A stretch of 64,000 nucleotides of DNA from an uncultured bacterium. Its GTDB lineage: Bacteria > Chloroflexota > Dormibacteria > Aeolococcales > Aeolococcaceae. The position numbers were made by a program, and so were the translations under genes. The stretch is from the NCBI GenBank assembly GCA_963847225.1, contig CAWJYZ010000003.1, positions 71,365 to 135,364 of the forward strand, written 5' to 3'. Positions 27,861 through 37,022 of this stretch are shown here, one piece after another (position 1 is the first letter of the stretch; every line of letters starts with the position of its first letter). The notes below the pieces were generated by a model, which was given only the letters and a program-made list of their open reading frames with translations, ran no database searches and was not told the origin of the DNA.

Positions 27861-29098
27861 GCCGCCGCTCGCACGGATGTGGCTCCGGCCTCTGCGTAGA
27901 CACGCTGGAGAAGCTCCAGGTGGCGCTCGGGCGAGAATTCCGTCCGAATCCGCTCACGGGCCTGCTCGCGCATGGCCCAGCCGTGGGCGGGATCGGCCAG
28001 AAAAGGGCGCATCGCGGCGGCGAGGGCGTCCGGGTCGGAGGGGGGGACAAGCTCCCCGGTCACGCCGCTCTCCACCAGTTCGGGCAGGCCGCCGAGGGCG
28101 CTGCCGATGACGGGAAGCCCGCGCGCCAGCGCCTCGAGAACGACCATGGGCTGGTTCTCGTACCAGCGCGAGGGCACTACGACGACCGCAGCTGCCGTCA
28201 TCAGGCGGTGCACCCCGTCCTTGGATAGCAGCCCGTGGAAGCGCACCCGGCCCGGCGCAACGGCGCTGGCGAGGAGGCGGAGCCGCTCCTCCTCGGGACC
28301 GGTGCCGGCGATGTCGAGCTCGGCCCCAGGGAGCAGGCCGACCGCCCGGATGGCGATGTCGACCCCCTTCTCCGGCGACAGCCGCCCGGCGACCAGGGCC
28401 GCACCCCCCGGCGCCGGCTTGGGCGTCATGCCGCGGATATCGATGAAATGGGGGACGTGGCGCATGCGCTGGGGGAAGACCCCAGCCTCGGTCATCTTCG
28501 CGGCCATGAACCGGCTGGGGCAGATGAAGATGCGCACGGGCGAGTAGGCGTGGGTCAGCGTGTGCAGGTACAGCTCCGCGGCGACGACGGCGCTGCGGCC
28601 CAGCGAGCCGTCCTTGCAGCGGCGCCGCACCGCCTGCTGGAAGTGGCCGCCCAGGCAGGCCTCGCAGACACGCCCGTGGTCCAGGAACTGATAGGTGGGA
28701 CAGGCGAGCTTGTAGTCGTGGAGGGTCATCACCGCGGGCAGCCCCCGGCGAGCCACGGGTCGGAGGACGGAGGGGGAGAGCTGGTGGTAGATGTTGTGCA
28801 GGTGGACCACGTCGGGCCGGAAGTCATCGATCACCGCTTCCATACCCCGGCTCGCCGCGGTCGAGTAGAGCATCCGCCCGACCCCGCGAAGCCGGCCGCC
28901 GAGGCTCGGCGGTGGCGGCTCCATCTCGATGTGGGGCGGGAAGTGGGCCGCATACTCGATGTGAGTGTTGTCGGGATGGGCCATGCCGAAGAAGGCGACC
29001 CGGTGGCCAGCTGCGGCTTGGAGCTCGGCCACGTCCTCCATGTACGCCTCCGCGCCGCCGCGGCGGTAGAGGAACTTGTTGACGTGGAGGATCCTCAC
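27857..29098 (-). CDS. Glycosyltransferase family 4 (GT-B)
   Basis: 'MRILHVNKFLYRRGGAEAYM' and 'VVVPSRWYENQPMVVLEALARGLPVIGSALGGLPELV'. ATGA overlap with the downstream GT. Confidence 0.8.
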   Translation of the reverse strand: MRILHVNKFLYRRGGAEAYMEDVAELQAAAGHRVAFFGMAHPDNTHIEYAAHFPPHIEMEPPPPSLGGRLRGVGRMLYSTAASRGMEAVIDDFRPDVVHLHNIYHQLSPSVLRPVARRGLPAVMTLHDYKLACPTYQFLDHGRVCEACLGGHFQQAVRRRCKDGSLGRSAVVAAELYLHTLTHAYSPVRIFICPSRFMAAKMTEAGVFPQRMRHVPHFIDIRGMTPKPAPGGAALVAGRLSPEKGVDIAIRAVGLLPGAELDIAGTGPEEERLRLLASAVAPGRVRFHGLLSKDGVHRLMTAAAVVVVPSRWYENQPMVVLEALARGLPVIGSALGGLPELVESGVTGELVPPSDPDALAAAMRPFLADPAHGWAMREQARERIRTEFSPERHLELLQRVYAEAGATSVRAAA

Positions 29099-29163
29099 TG
29101 GCAGGGTGCCCTCACCGTCGTGCCTTGGCGGTTCTCACGTGGAGCCCCCTCTCCCATTCCGCG

Positions 29164-30645
29164 CTAGGCCTCCTCACCCTCCTCCGCGGGCACGGGGAGG
29201 CCGCGCAGGACGGCGTTCTCGCGGTACCGGGTCACCGCATAGGCCGCGGCCGCGAAGGCGACGTAATACCAGAGAACCACGACCTCGGTGATCACGTTGG
29301 AGACGATGCTGATCATCATGAAGGCGATGACGCAGGAGGCGAAGCCGACCGCGACCGAGCGTTCGTAACTTCGCTTCTTCCATTTCGTATGGCGCATCGA
29401 TTGCCAGGCCACCGCGACCATGCTGAAGAGCAGGGCGAAGTAGGCGATGGTGCCCACCACACCTGTCTCGACATAGGCGCGCAGAAAGTCGTTGTGGGGC
29501 TCCTTCTGCTGGACGGTCTCGAAGGAACTCATCCCCAGTCCGATCCCAGTGATCGGATCCTTGTCGGCCAGGGGTAGGATCTGATCCCAGTAGTCGAAGC
29601 GCCACACAAGGGAGTTGTTGGCGTAGCCAGAGGCGCTCCTCGCCTGGCCGAGGTCGGCGAAGCGCTGCATGATGGTCGGAACCGCCACGACCGAGACCAT
29701 CGCGGCGACAACGATCAACCCGAGGGTCAACCGCCGTCGTCCGAAGATCGCCACGGCGACAACCCCGACCAGCGCGGCCAGCCAGGCGCTCCGGGTGAAT
29801 GTGTAGTAGAGGCAGATGACCGACCCGATCAAGAGCGGCGTGAGAAGCCACTTCTGGCGGCGGCTCAGATGAGGGAAGATGGCGACCCCCATGACGATCA
29901 GCAGGGTGAGGTAGATGGCAAAGGGGTTCGGTTGGGCGAAGGTCCCCTCGTAGCGACCGAAGCCGCCGCTCGAGAACTGCGAGTGGTGGGTCGCGATATT
30001 GAACAGGGCATAGCCCACCGGCACGATCGCGGAGAGGTAGATGGCCGTGACCATGCGTTGGATGGCGGCACGATCGACCAGCATCACCTCCAATACGGCG
30101 AGCATGACCACCACCGAGGCGATACGAAGAGCAGCCAGGAGGCTGACCAGGATGTTAGACGAATCGATCACGCTGAGGAAGCCCGCGATCGCGAAGAGGA
30201 TGAGGCAGATACGGTGGATCGAGGCGGGTGGCGACTTGCGTCCCTCATGCAGGCGACCGAGGAACCAGAAGTAGGCGAGGACGATGAGGAGCACCGCGAG
30301 GGCCCCGGCCGGGTCGAGGCCCGATGCCGACGCCGTGGTCTGAGTGACGACCCCGTTGCTGGTCGGTCCTCCCTTGACCACATCGAGGCTGGCGCGCAGG
30401 ACGATGGTGGTGAGCACGAAGCGCTGAAAGTCGACGAGGCCCAGGGCCATCAACCCGATCCCCCCGAAGACGGCGATGGGGAGGACGAGCAGCAGCTTGT
30501 TGCCGCCGAGAGCGCCCTCGATGGCCGTCTCGGCGGCGAGCGCCACGATGGCAACGGCGCAGAGAAGCATCAGCAGCTTCCGGCGCGCCGAGATCGGACC
30601 TCCGGTCGCTCGAGGCGGGGCGAGGGCTGCGGCCATGCCCGTCAC
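29164..30645 (-). CDS. O-antigen ligase / Wzy-type polymerase family membrane protein
   Basis: About 11-12 TM segments. 'YYTFTRSAWLAALVGVVAVAIF' is a Wzy_C-like block, followed by the periplasmic loop 'NNSLVWRFDYWDQILPLADKDPITGIGLG'. Confidence 0.7.
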   Translation of the reverse strand: MTGMAAALAPPRATGGPISARRKLLMLLCAVAIVALAAETAIEGALGGNKLLLVLPIAVFGGIGLMALGLVDFQRFVLTTIVLRASLDVVKGGPTSNGVVTQTTASASGLDPAGALAVLLIVLAYFWFLGRLHEGRKSPPASIHRICLILFAIAGFLSVIDSSNILVSLLAALRIASVVVMLAVLEVMLVDRAAIQRMVTAIYLSAIVPVGYALFNIATHHSQFSSGGFGRYEGTFAQPNPFAIYLTLLIVMGVAIFPHLSRRQKWLLTPLLIGSVICLYYTFTRSAWLAALVGVVAVAIFGRRRLTLGLIVVAAMVSVVAVPTIMQRFADLGQARSASGYANNSLVWRFDYWDQILPLADKDPITGIGLGMSSFETVQQKEPHNDFLRAYVETGVVGTIAYFALLFSMVAVAWQSMRHTKWKKRSYERSVAVGFASCVIAFMMISIVSNVITEVVVLWYYVAFAAAAYAVTRYRENAVLRGLPVPAEEGEEA

Positions 30646-30697
30646 CGGACCGGCTCCTCGGTGACCGGGGCACGGCCCCGTGGGCTGTCCCAGCTGC

Positions 30698-32443
30698 TCA
30701 TGTCAACCTTGCCTCAACAGCTGCAGGACCATTGATGACGTTGGCCTCCGGCAGAGGCAGGTTTCCTGTCTCCGCTGCCAGCCGGTCGTGGCGCAGCGCC
30801 GCGGTGGAGGCGGTGTTGGGCCGAGGCGGGGTCTGATCCCCTTGCTCAGGGCGTCCGGGTCGTAGCCAGCGCCAGCCCCCGGCGAGACCGCGCCCGGTGA
30901 GAACGAGCATCGCCCCGCCCAGCACGACGGCTCCACCGATGCCGACGAGCCCGGTCAGGAGCAGGAGGGTGACCCGTCCCATGGGTTGGTCAAGTCGGAG
31001 CAGGGTGATGGCAGCGACCATGGCCGCTCCACTGAGCAGGGAGGCGCCGGCGACCTTCATGGCGAAGCCGGCGAGACCCTCGGCCGCCCGCGGCACCACG
31101 GGTCTCAGACGGTACCAGGCGTGACCGACGTTGACCACCTGGGCCAGGGAATAGGCGAGGGCCACGCCGAGAACGGCGTGGGAGCTGGTCCGCCCGAAGG
31201 GGAGTGTGATGACCGGAAGCAGGGCCAGGTTGGCGACGACGCCGTACAGCGTGTTGCGCAAGACCATGCGGGTGTCGAGGCGGGCAAAGAAGGGCGCCAG
31301 GAGAGCACGCTGCAGCGCCTGGAGAACGAGGGCGATGGAGTAGACGGCCAGAACCGCTCCGAGCAACACGGCGCTGGCCCTGGTCAGGCTGCCACGGTGG
31401 AAGACGGCCAGCGCCCCCGGTTGGGACAGCGCCGCCACGAAGACCGTGAGGGGCAAGCTGATCGCCAGCATGAGACGCAGCCCGACCCCGACGGTCCGAC
31501 GCACCACCGCCTGGTCCCCGTGGATGTGCGCCTCGGTGAGGCGGGGCACCAGGGCGACGATCACCGACCGGAAGAAGACCGTGCCTCCGATCGAGGTGAT
31601 GAGCCGGTACCCGTAGTTGAGGATGGTGATGGAGCCGGGAGGAAGAAAGGAGACGAGAAGCTGCTCACCGATCCGGGCAATCGGGTTGAGCCCAGCGCCC
31701 CCCAAGGGGCGGACCACCAGCCTGCCGATGCTGCGAAGGTGAGGATCACGCAGGTCCAGGGTCGGCCGGAGGTTCAGGCCGCGGCGCATCGCCATCACGG
31801 TCATGAAGATGAGCTGCAGCACCGCCCCGGCCAGATAGGCCCAGGCGACGATATGGATGTCGTGGCGCCAGCCGAGCACCGGTCCCACCAGGATGAGGGC
31901 GGCGCCCGCTCCGGTGAGCACCCCGCTCATGAGGGCGGGTGCGATGAACCGATACTTCGAGTTCAAGTAGGCTCGCATCACCTCGGAGACCGCCACCAGC
32001 GGCGCCATGGCGAAGACGATCGGCACCATCGACGCGGCGGTGACCACCTCGGTGTTCGAGATCCCCGGCGCGGTGATGCGCATCAGCGGAGTGGCGACGA
32101 TCCAGACCAGGACAAACAAGGCCGCGCCGATGATGACGACCGCGCTGACGATCATCGAGATGAGGCGATGGGTTGCCTCCGCCCCCCGCTTCGAGAGGGA
32201 GGTGCGGAAGGCGGGGACCAGAGCCTGATTGGCAGCCACCATGACCACGGAGGCCACGGCCAGGGGGATGCGCGCTGCGACGTAGAAGGAGTTGGTTGCC
32301 CGGCCGGCTCCGAAGTGAGCAGCGATGCTGACGTCGAGGAGCAGACCAAAAACGACGCCGATCGCCGCCGCCACGGCGGTGAGGCCAGACTGGCGGACGA
32401 CGGCACGCTCGGAGTGCTGCGGTGCTGGCGCGGTCTGGCGCAT
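30698..32443 (-). CDS. MurJ/MviN-family (MOP superfamily) lipid-linked oligosaccharide flippase
   Basis: 'LLLDVSIAAHFGAGRATNSFYVAARIPLAVASVVMVAANQALVPAF' is the typical MurJ N-terminal signature. About 14 TM segments. Confidence 0.7.
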   Translation of the reverse strand: MRQTAPAPQHSERAVVRQSGLTAVAAAIGVVFGLLLDVSIAAHFGAGRATNSFYVAARIPLAVASVVMVAANQALVPAFRTSLSKRGAEATHRLISMIVSAVVIIGAALFVLVWIVATPLMRITAPGISNTEVVTAASMVPIVFAMAPLVAVSEVMRAYLNSKYRFIAPALMSGVLTGAGAALILVGPVLGWRHDIHIVAWAYLAGAVLQLIFMTVMAMRRGLNLRPTLDLRDPHLRSIGRLVVRPLGGAGLNPIARIGEQLLVSFLPPGSITILNYGYRLITSIGGTVFFRSVIVALVPRLTEAHIHGDQAVVRRTVGVGLRLMLAISLPLTVFVAALSQPGALAVFHRGSLTRASAVLLGAVLAVYSIALVLQALQRALLAPFFARLDTRMVLRNTLYGVVANLALLPVITLPFGRTSSHAVLGVALAYSLAQVVNVGHAWYRLRPVVPRAAEGLAGFAMKVAGASLLSGAAMVAAITLLRLDQPMGRVTLLLLTGLVGIGGAVVLGGAMLVLTGRGLAGGWRWLRPGRPEQGDQTPPRPNTASTAALRHDRLAAETGNLPLPEANVINGPAAVEARLT

Positions 32444-32559
32444 CTACGCCACCTCGCTCCTGCCGGCCCCGCCTCCCGGCACCGTCGAGAAGGTCTGCGC
32501 CCCGGGGGCAGAGGCCTCCTCGGCCGGGAGGCAGCATCGACCTCGCGCTGTGAAGCGGC

Positions 32560-33567
32560 TCATTCCGCGCTCCCCAAGGCGCCCCGGGCCCGGGTGGTCT
32601 CCACGGGCTCGCCGCGTGCTTGGGTCTGGGACGTCATCCGGACCGGGTAGCCATAACGGAGGAGGAGGGGAGCGGTGACGGTGGTCACCAGCAACCGGTC
32701 GCGCGCCGACATTGAGGTCAGCCACCGGGTGTCCTGGTGCACCTGGGTAGCCCCGTGGTGAAGCCGGTCGGGATTCCCGGCGACACTGTGATTGGGGCCG
32801 AGTCGCACGTCGCCATCCTCCCCCCAGGGAATGGGAGCGTCCTCCTCCATCCCCACGAGGCGGAGGATCCGCCGCATCGCGCGCACCGGCTCAGCGACCA
32901 GATCCTCATAGCGGAGCCGGAGATAGGTGCCCTGGCCCCGGTCAAGGAGGGCGGCGGCGGCGGTGTTCCAGACGTCCCAGAGCGCAGCGCTCTTCAAGGG
33001 ACCGATCTGCTGCATGTGGGATCGCTTCGCGCCATCGCCGAGGGTCTTGCGGCTCGACCATGAATGTGCCGCGGCGCGCGGGTCCCGGATCAGATGGACC
33101 ACTCGGAGGTCGATATCGGGGACTGCCGTCAGCAGGTTGGCGTAGACGGGAAGCTTCGAGGAGTCCACCACCACCTGGCTCGATGTGATGTCGGCGATTG
33201 CGGCGTAGAGGCCACGGAGGACAGTCCGGACCTCGGCGAGACGCGCCAATCGGCCGGGATCCCGCCGTGGGAGCGCCCGACCGGCAAGAGCCTCTGGCAG
33301 GCTCCGGACCCGCCCTGTCTTGCCGAGCAGCTCGGCCATCGCCTCCGGACTGGGGGCCGGTCCCCGGGATGCCGCCAGTACCTGCGTCCACACCGGGCAT
33401 TCAGGGACGGGCACCCCGCACCCGCAGAACCGGCGCTCGACGAGGCCGCGCTGCCAGAGGTAGCGCACCTCTCCGGCGGTGAAGACACCGGGGAGCTCGC
33501 CGAGGAGGCAGGCGAGCAGGGTGCTTCCACTGCGGCCGGTGCCGGCGATGTAGAGAACTCTGGTCAC
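32560..33567 (-). CDS. PAPS-dependent sulfotransferase (class B, Cys-motif type) embedded in the polysaccharide operon
   Basis: 'VLYIAGTGRSGSTLL', 'FCGCGVPVPECPVW', 'VVHLIRDPRAAAHSW'. Confidence 0.85.
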   Translation of the reverse strand: MTRVLYIAGTGRSGSTLLACLLGELPGVFTAGEVRYLWQRGLVERRFCGCGVPVPECPVWTQVLAASRGPAPSPEAMAELLGKTGRVRSLPEALAGRALPRRDPGRLARLAEVRTVLRGLYAAIADITSSQVVVDSSKLPVYANLLTAVPDIDLRVVHLIRDPRAAAHSWSSRKTLGDGAKRSHMQQIGPLKSAALWDVWNTAAAALLDRGQGTYLRLRYEDLVAEPVRAMRRILRLVGMEEDAPIPWGEDGDVRLGPNHSVAGNPDRLHHGATQVHQDTRWLTSMSARDRLLVTTVTAPLLLRYGYPVRMTSQTQARGEPVETTRARGALGSAE

Positions 33568-33669
33568 GGGGGAGGGATCTGAGCCTGCTCCTGCCGCGAT
33601 GCAGCGATCGCACCGTCGCGACTGCGCGTGATCACCGAGGTGCTCGAGGGCGGAAGGAGGGGCGGCGGG

Positions 33670-34839
33670 TCATCGACCCGCCGCCACATCCACGCCGTCG
33701 GTCTGAGCAGGTTGGTGGAGCACGCGGTCGCGGCCGTTGCCATAGCTCGGCTCACCGCCGAAGCTGAGCGGAGACGCCACGTGGGAGGAGCGCCGGGCGC
33801 CAAAGAGAGGTGGGCTGGCGACCCGCTCCTCGTTGGCTGGCTCGTCGACGGGGTGCTCGGCTCCGCCGATCGCGCTGAGTGCCGGAGCGCGGGCAGGAGC
33901 GGGCGGCTCCTCCTCTGCCGCACGGCTGCTGCGCATCAACTCCATGAGGAGCAGGAGACCGAGAGCCAGAATCAGGGCGACGGCAAAACCGATGCCCGCG
34001 AACTTCAGGGTGTTGGACAGCCGGGAGATCCGGCCGACGTTCCGAGTCACCACGGTGGTCGGGTTGTGGTCGGCAGCGAGCAGGGCTTGGGCGTCGTTGA
34101 GCTCCTGAGCAGCGTGGTCCCGAACCGTCAGCGCAGCCTGGCGCGCATCGCTGAGGCTGGAGTACTGGGTCAGCTGGGTGGCGAGGGTGGCGAGCTGCTG
34201 CTGGCGCTGCGTGATGATCTGCTGGAGAGCGGTCGCTCGCGCACTGTCGCCGACGATCTGCGCTTGCTGCAGCTGCAGCTCCAGCTGGTTGAGCTCCGAC
34301 TGTTGGGTGGTGAACAGCTGCTGGGGGTTGATCTGGCCGGTCCTGGCCGAGAAGTTCGTGAGCGCGGCATCGGCCTGCTGCAGCTGAGTCTGAGCCGCAG
34401 CCACCGCATTCTCCGCCTGGACGAGCTGCGGCTCGGCGATGGTGTCGAGAGCGATTGTCGATTCCTGGCTGACCACCGCCGTGGTGTTCTGGCCCTTGTA
34501 TCCCAGGTAGGTCACCTGAATGATGTTGCTCGACGCGGTGGCGGTCGTCGCGGTCACTCCGTCGACAAGATTGGCCACCGGGACGTGCGTGTCCGCCGAA
34601 ACCCTATCGACCACCGGACTAGATATGAGCACGTCTTGGAGGGTCGCTTCGTATTGCGCCGCGGCGCTGGTCGAGAAGCCGTGAGCGCTCACCGCGGGGA
34701 CGATCACCGTTGCCTGAGCCTCGTACCGGGACGGCTGCCCTTCGAGGATGAGGCCACTGAGGAGCGCAGCGGCGAGAGGTAGGCCGATGGGCAGCCAGAG
34801 CCAGCGGCGGATCGTTTGCAGATAGGCGCGTATTTCCAC
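33670..34839 (-). CDS. Polysaccharide co-polymerase (Wzz/GumC-like chain-length determinant) without a kinase domain
   Basis: GTG 34839, 16 nt after the upstream stop. N-terminal TM 'WLWLPIGLPLAAALLSGLIL', Q/A/L-rich coiled coil, C-terminal TM 'FAGIGFAVALILALGLLLLMELM'. No Walker motifs in the tail. Confidence 0.65.
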   Translation of the reverse strand: MEIRAYLQTIRRWLWLPIGLPLAAALLSGLILEGQPSRYEAQATVIVPAVSAHGFSTSAAAQYEATLQDVLISSPVVDRVSADTHVPVANLVDGVTATTATASSNIIQVTYLGYKGQNTTAVVSQESTIALDTIAEPQLVQAENAVAAAQTQLQQADAALTNFSARTGQINPQQLFTTQQSELNQLELQLQQAQIVGDSARATALQQIITQRQQQLATLATQLTQYSSLSDARQAALTVRDHAAQELNDAQALLAADHNPTTVVTRNVGRISRLSNTLKFAGIGFAVALILALGLLLLMELMRSSRAAEEEPPAPARAPALSAIGGAEHPVDEPANEERVASPPLFGARRSSHVASPLSFGGEPSYGNGRDRVLHQPAQTDGVDVAAGR

Positions 34840-34855
34840 GGTCGTCAGGTCCTCC

Positions 34856-35701
34856 TCAGATGTCCGGGAGCGGGTGGCGGGAGCGGTACGCGGGGAGAGC
34901 CCACCCCGCCGCGAGCAGGATCGCGCCGAGGGTAAGGATGAGCAGTCCGATGCTGATCCCCCCACCGCTTCCACCGGCCCCGGTGCCCGGGGTGCTGGCG
35001 GCTAAGACGTCCCCCCCAGGGGTGGCGGTGGAGCTCCCGGCTCCCTGTCCGGAGGGCGTGGAGGTGGACGTCGTCGCGGTGGAGGTTGGCTGCACGGAGC
35101 CCGACGGCGTCGGCGTCGTCAGTGGCGAGGTACAGCCGAGGACCCGGATGAAGCCGGAGGCGAGGCTCGCCCGGTTCTTCTGCTTCTGACCGGGGTACTG
35201 GTGAGCTGTGTGGGTTCCGATGTCGATCTGGAAGTAGCCGCAAGTGTCGACGCTGTACTCGTGGAGGAGTGTCTGGGTCTCGTTGGGCGTCCAGGTGACG
35301 CTGAAGGCCTGACTGCCGGGCATGGTGGCCTGGGTGGTGCCCTGCGGCCCCGGGAAGGCGATTCCAGGCTGGCCGGGCTGACCGTCGGAGACGTCGACCC
35401 CGTTGTAGGTGAGGATGTGATGGAGCGAGAAGGTGAAGGCGACGGTCTGCGTTTGGTCGGTGAGATTCTTGACCACCACATCGAAGTCAACGAGTGCCGG
35501 CCCGTCCGCGACGTCATAGGCGGTGGGGCTAACCTGGAACCCGGTCGGCGGGCTGGCATCCAAGATACCAAGAAAGGTCGGATTGCCCCCAGCCGCGACG
35601 GGGACCGGGATGGCCGATAGGGCGATGATGGCGGCACCGAGGGCGCTGAGGACGCCACCGCCGCGCTTGACCCAGGTCCTCGGACTCCGCTGGCCCTTCA
35701 T
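34856..35701 (-). CDS. Secreted protein with C-terminal anchor / sorting-signal-like tail, unknown function
   Basis: ATG 35701 with AGGAGG upstream and signal 'VLSALGAAIIALSAIPVPVAAGG'. C-terminus: '...STPGTGAGGSGGG' + 'ISIGLLILTLGAILLAAGWAL' + 'PAYRSRH'. Confidence 0.6.
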   Translation of the reverse strand: MKGQRSPRTWVKRGGGVLSALGAAIIALSAIPVPVAAGGNPTFLGILDASPPTGFQVSPTAYDVADGPALVDFDVVVKNLTDQTQTVAFTFSLHHILTYNGVDVSDGQPGQPGIAFPGPQGTTQATMPGSQAFSVTWTPNETQTLLHEYSVDTCGYFQIDIGTHTAHQYPGQKQKNRASLASGFIRVLGCTSPLTTPTPSGSVQPTSTATTSTSTPSGQGAGSSTATPGGDVLAASTPGTGAGGSGGGISIGLLILTLGAILLAAGWALPAYRSRHPLPDI

Positions 35702-35774
35702 CGGCGTCTCGCCTCCTGATATGCGGGTGCTTGGCATCCTCATGCACATGCGTTGTGGGCCCCTCCTCATCTCG

Positions 35775-36680
35775 TCAACAGGTCCGCGGCGGTGACGACC
35801 CGTCATCCGCCATGCAGGTCGTGATCTGGCTGAGTTCTGCTCGGGCGCTCGAGGCCGGTCCATTTTCCGTGCCGAGCTCCTCGCCCTTGAGAGCCTGCAG
35901 CTGCCCCACGTTGGCGGGATAGCCGGCGGGGGTCAACTGAAGCACCTGGGAGAAGAGGGCTCGCGCCGTCGACTGCATGGCGCTCGCCTGGCTCTCTACC
36001 CGCGCGAGGAGGGCCTTCTCCGTGGAGTAGTTGGCTGCCGAGCTCGTCAGAGCCCGACCCAGGTTCGCCGCGCGCCCGGCGATGGAGGAGGCCTCGACGC
36101 TCATGATGCCGGCTCCGATCCCAACGTGGACCAGGGGGTCGATGAGGCCGCCGACCCGGGTCGACGGGTCGACGCTGCGGACGTCTTGCAGGAGCACGTC
36201 CTCCAGGCTGTCCGTGGCGATCTTCGCCCCCACGGCTTGCAGCTGATGCTGGACGTCGTGGACCAGGGAGAGGAGGGCGGCGGCTTGGCTGGAACCGAGG
36301 CGGGCGGACTGGATATCGCCGATCAGCCTGTCCAGTACCTTCTGTCGTTCGGCGACGGCGCCGGCGCCGAGCCGTCTGAGGGAGTCCATCTGCTCCGCGA
36401 CGATGAGGGTGTGGTCGTTCATGAGGGCGTTGATCTCGGCCGTGATCTGGGTTGGCTCGCCATCACTGGGTGTGAGATCAATCTGGTTGAGCTCGCTGAC
36501 CAGCCGCTGCTCCAAGGCGTCCACGGCCTGGTTGGTCGATGCCACCGGGAGGGGCGGGCTGGCGACGGCCGGCGTCCCGATGACGGGGCCATACTCGGTG
36601 GTCCCGCACGCAGCCAGGGCGACTGCCGCGCTGGCCATGGCGCCCAGCCATGCTGCGGTCCGCAACCCCATACCTGTCAT
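35775..36680 (-). CDS. Helical lipoprotein of unknown function, first gene of the polysaccharide operon
   Basis: 'AAWLGAMASAAVALAACGT' (lipobox). The rest is predicted all-alpha (A/L/Q rich). Confidence 0.55.
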   Translation of the reverse strand: MTGMGLRTAAWLGAMASAAVALAACGTTEYGPVIGTPAVASPPLPVASTNQAVDALEQRLVSELNQIDLTPSDGEPTQITAEINALMNDHTLIVAEQMDSLRRLGAGAVAERQKVLDRLIGDIQSARLGSSQAAALLSLVHDVQHQLQAVGAKIATDSLEDVLLQDVRSVDPSTRVGGLIDPLVHVGIGAGIMSVEASSIAGRAANLGRALTSSAANYSTEKALLARVESQASAMQSTARALFSQVLQLTPAGYPANVGQLQALKGEELGTENGPASSARAELSQITTCMADDGSSPPRTC

Positions 36681-36923
36681 GGTCCCCCTCTGCCGTCTCG
36701 GCTCCCCGCTTGCGCCTGGTCACCGTGGACTGCTCGGATAAAATCAGCCGTGCCCGAAGACTGAGGCATTATCCCAGGCCGGTCCGCAAAGAGTCAATTT
36801 GTCGACATCGAAAGCTTCCGCGGCGGAGTGGGGGAATGCAACCCAATTGGGGGATCGGTGGCCCATTCAGGGGGGATATTGGGGGACGGTAGACGGAAAT
36901 ACCGCCGCCGCCATCGCCCGCTG

Positions 36924-36952
36924 TTGACCCATCCAGTCCGTTCAGGTACGCT
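36924..36952 (+). promoter_or_regulatory. Possible sigma70-type promoter for the priming transferase / PAPS synthase operon
   Basis: TTGACC (36924-36929), 17-nt spacer, TACGCT (36947-36952), about 70 nt upstream of ATG 37023. Pattern match only. Confidence 0.3.
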
Positions 36953-37022
36953 GAGTGGTGCACAGCTGGCGGGGCAGTGGCCTCTTGTATCACCTGACGC
37001 CGGCTGCACAGAGGGGGTCTGC

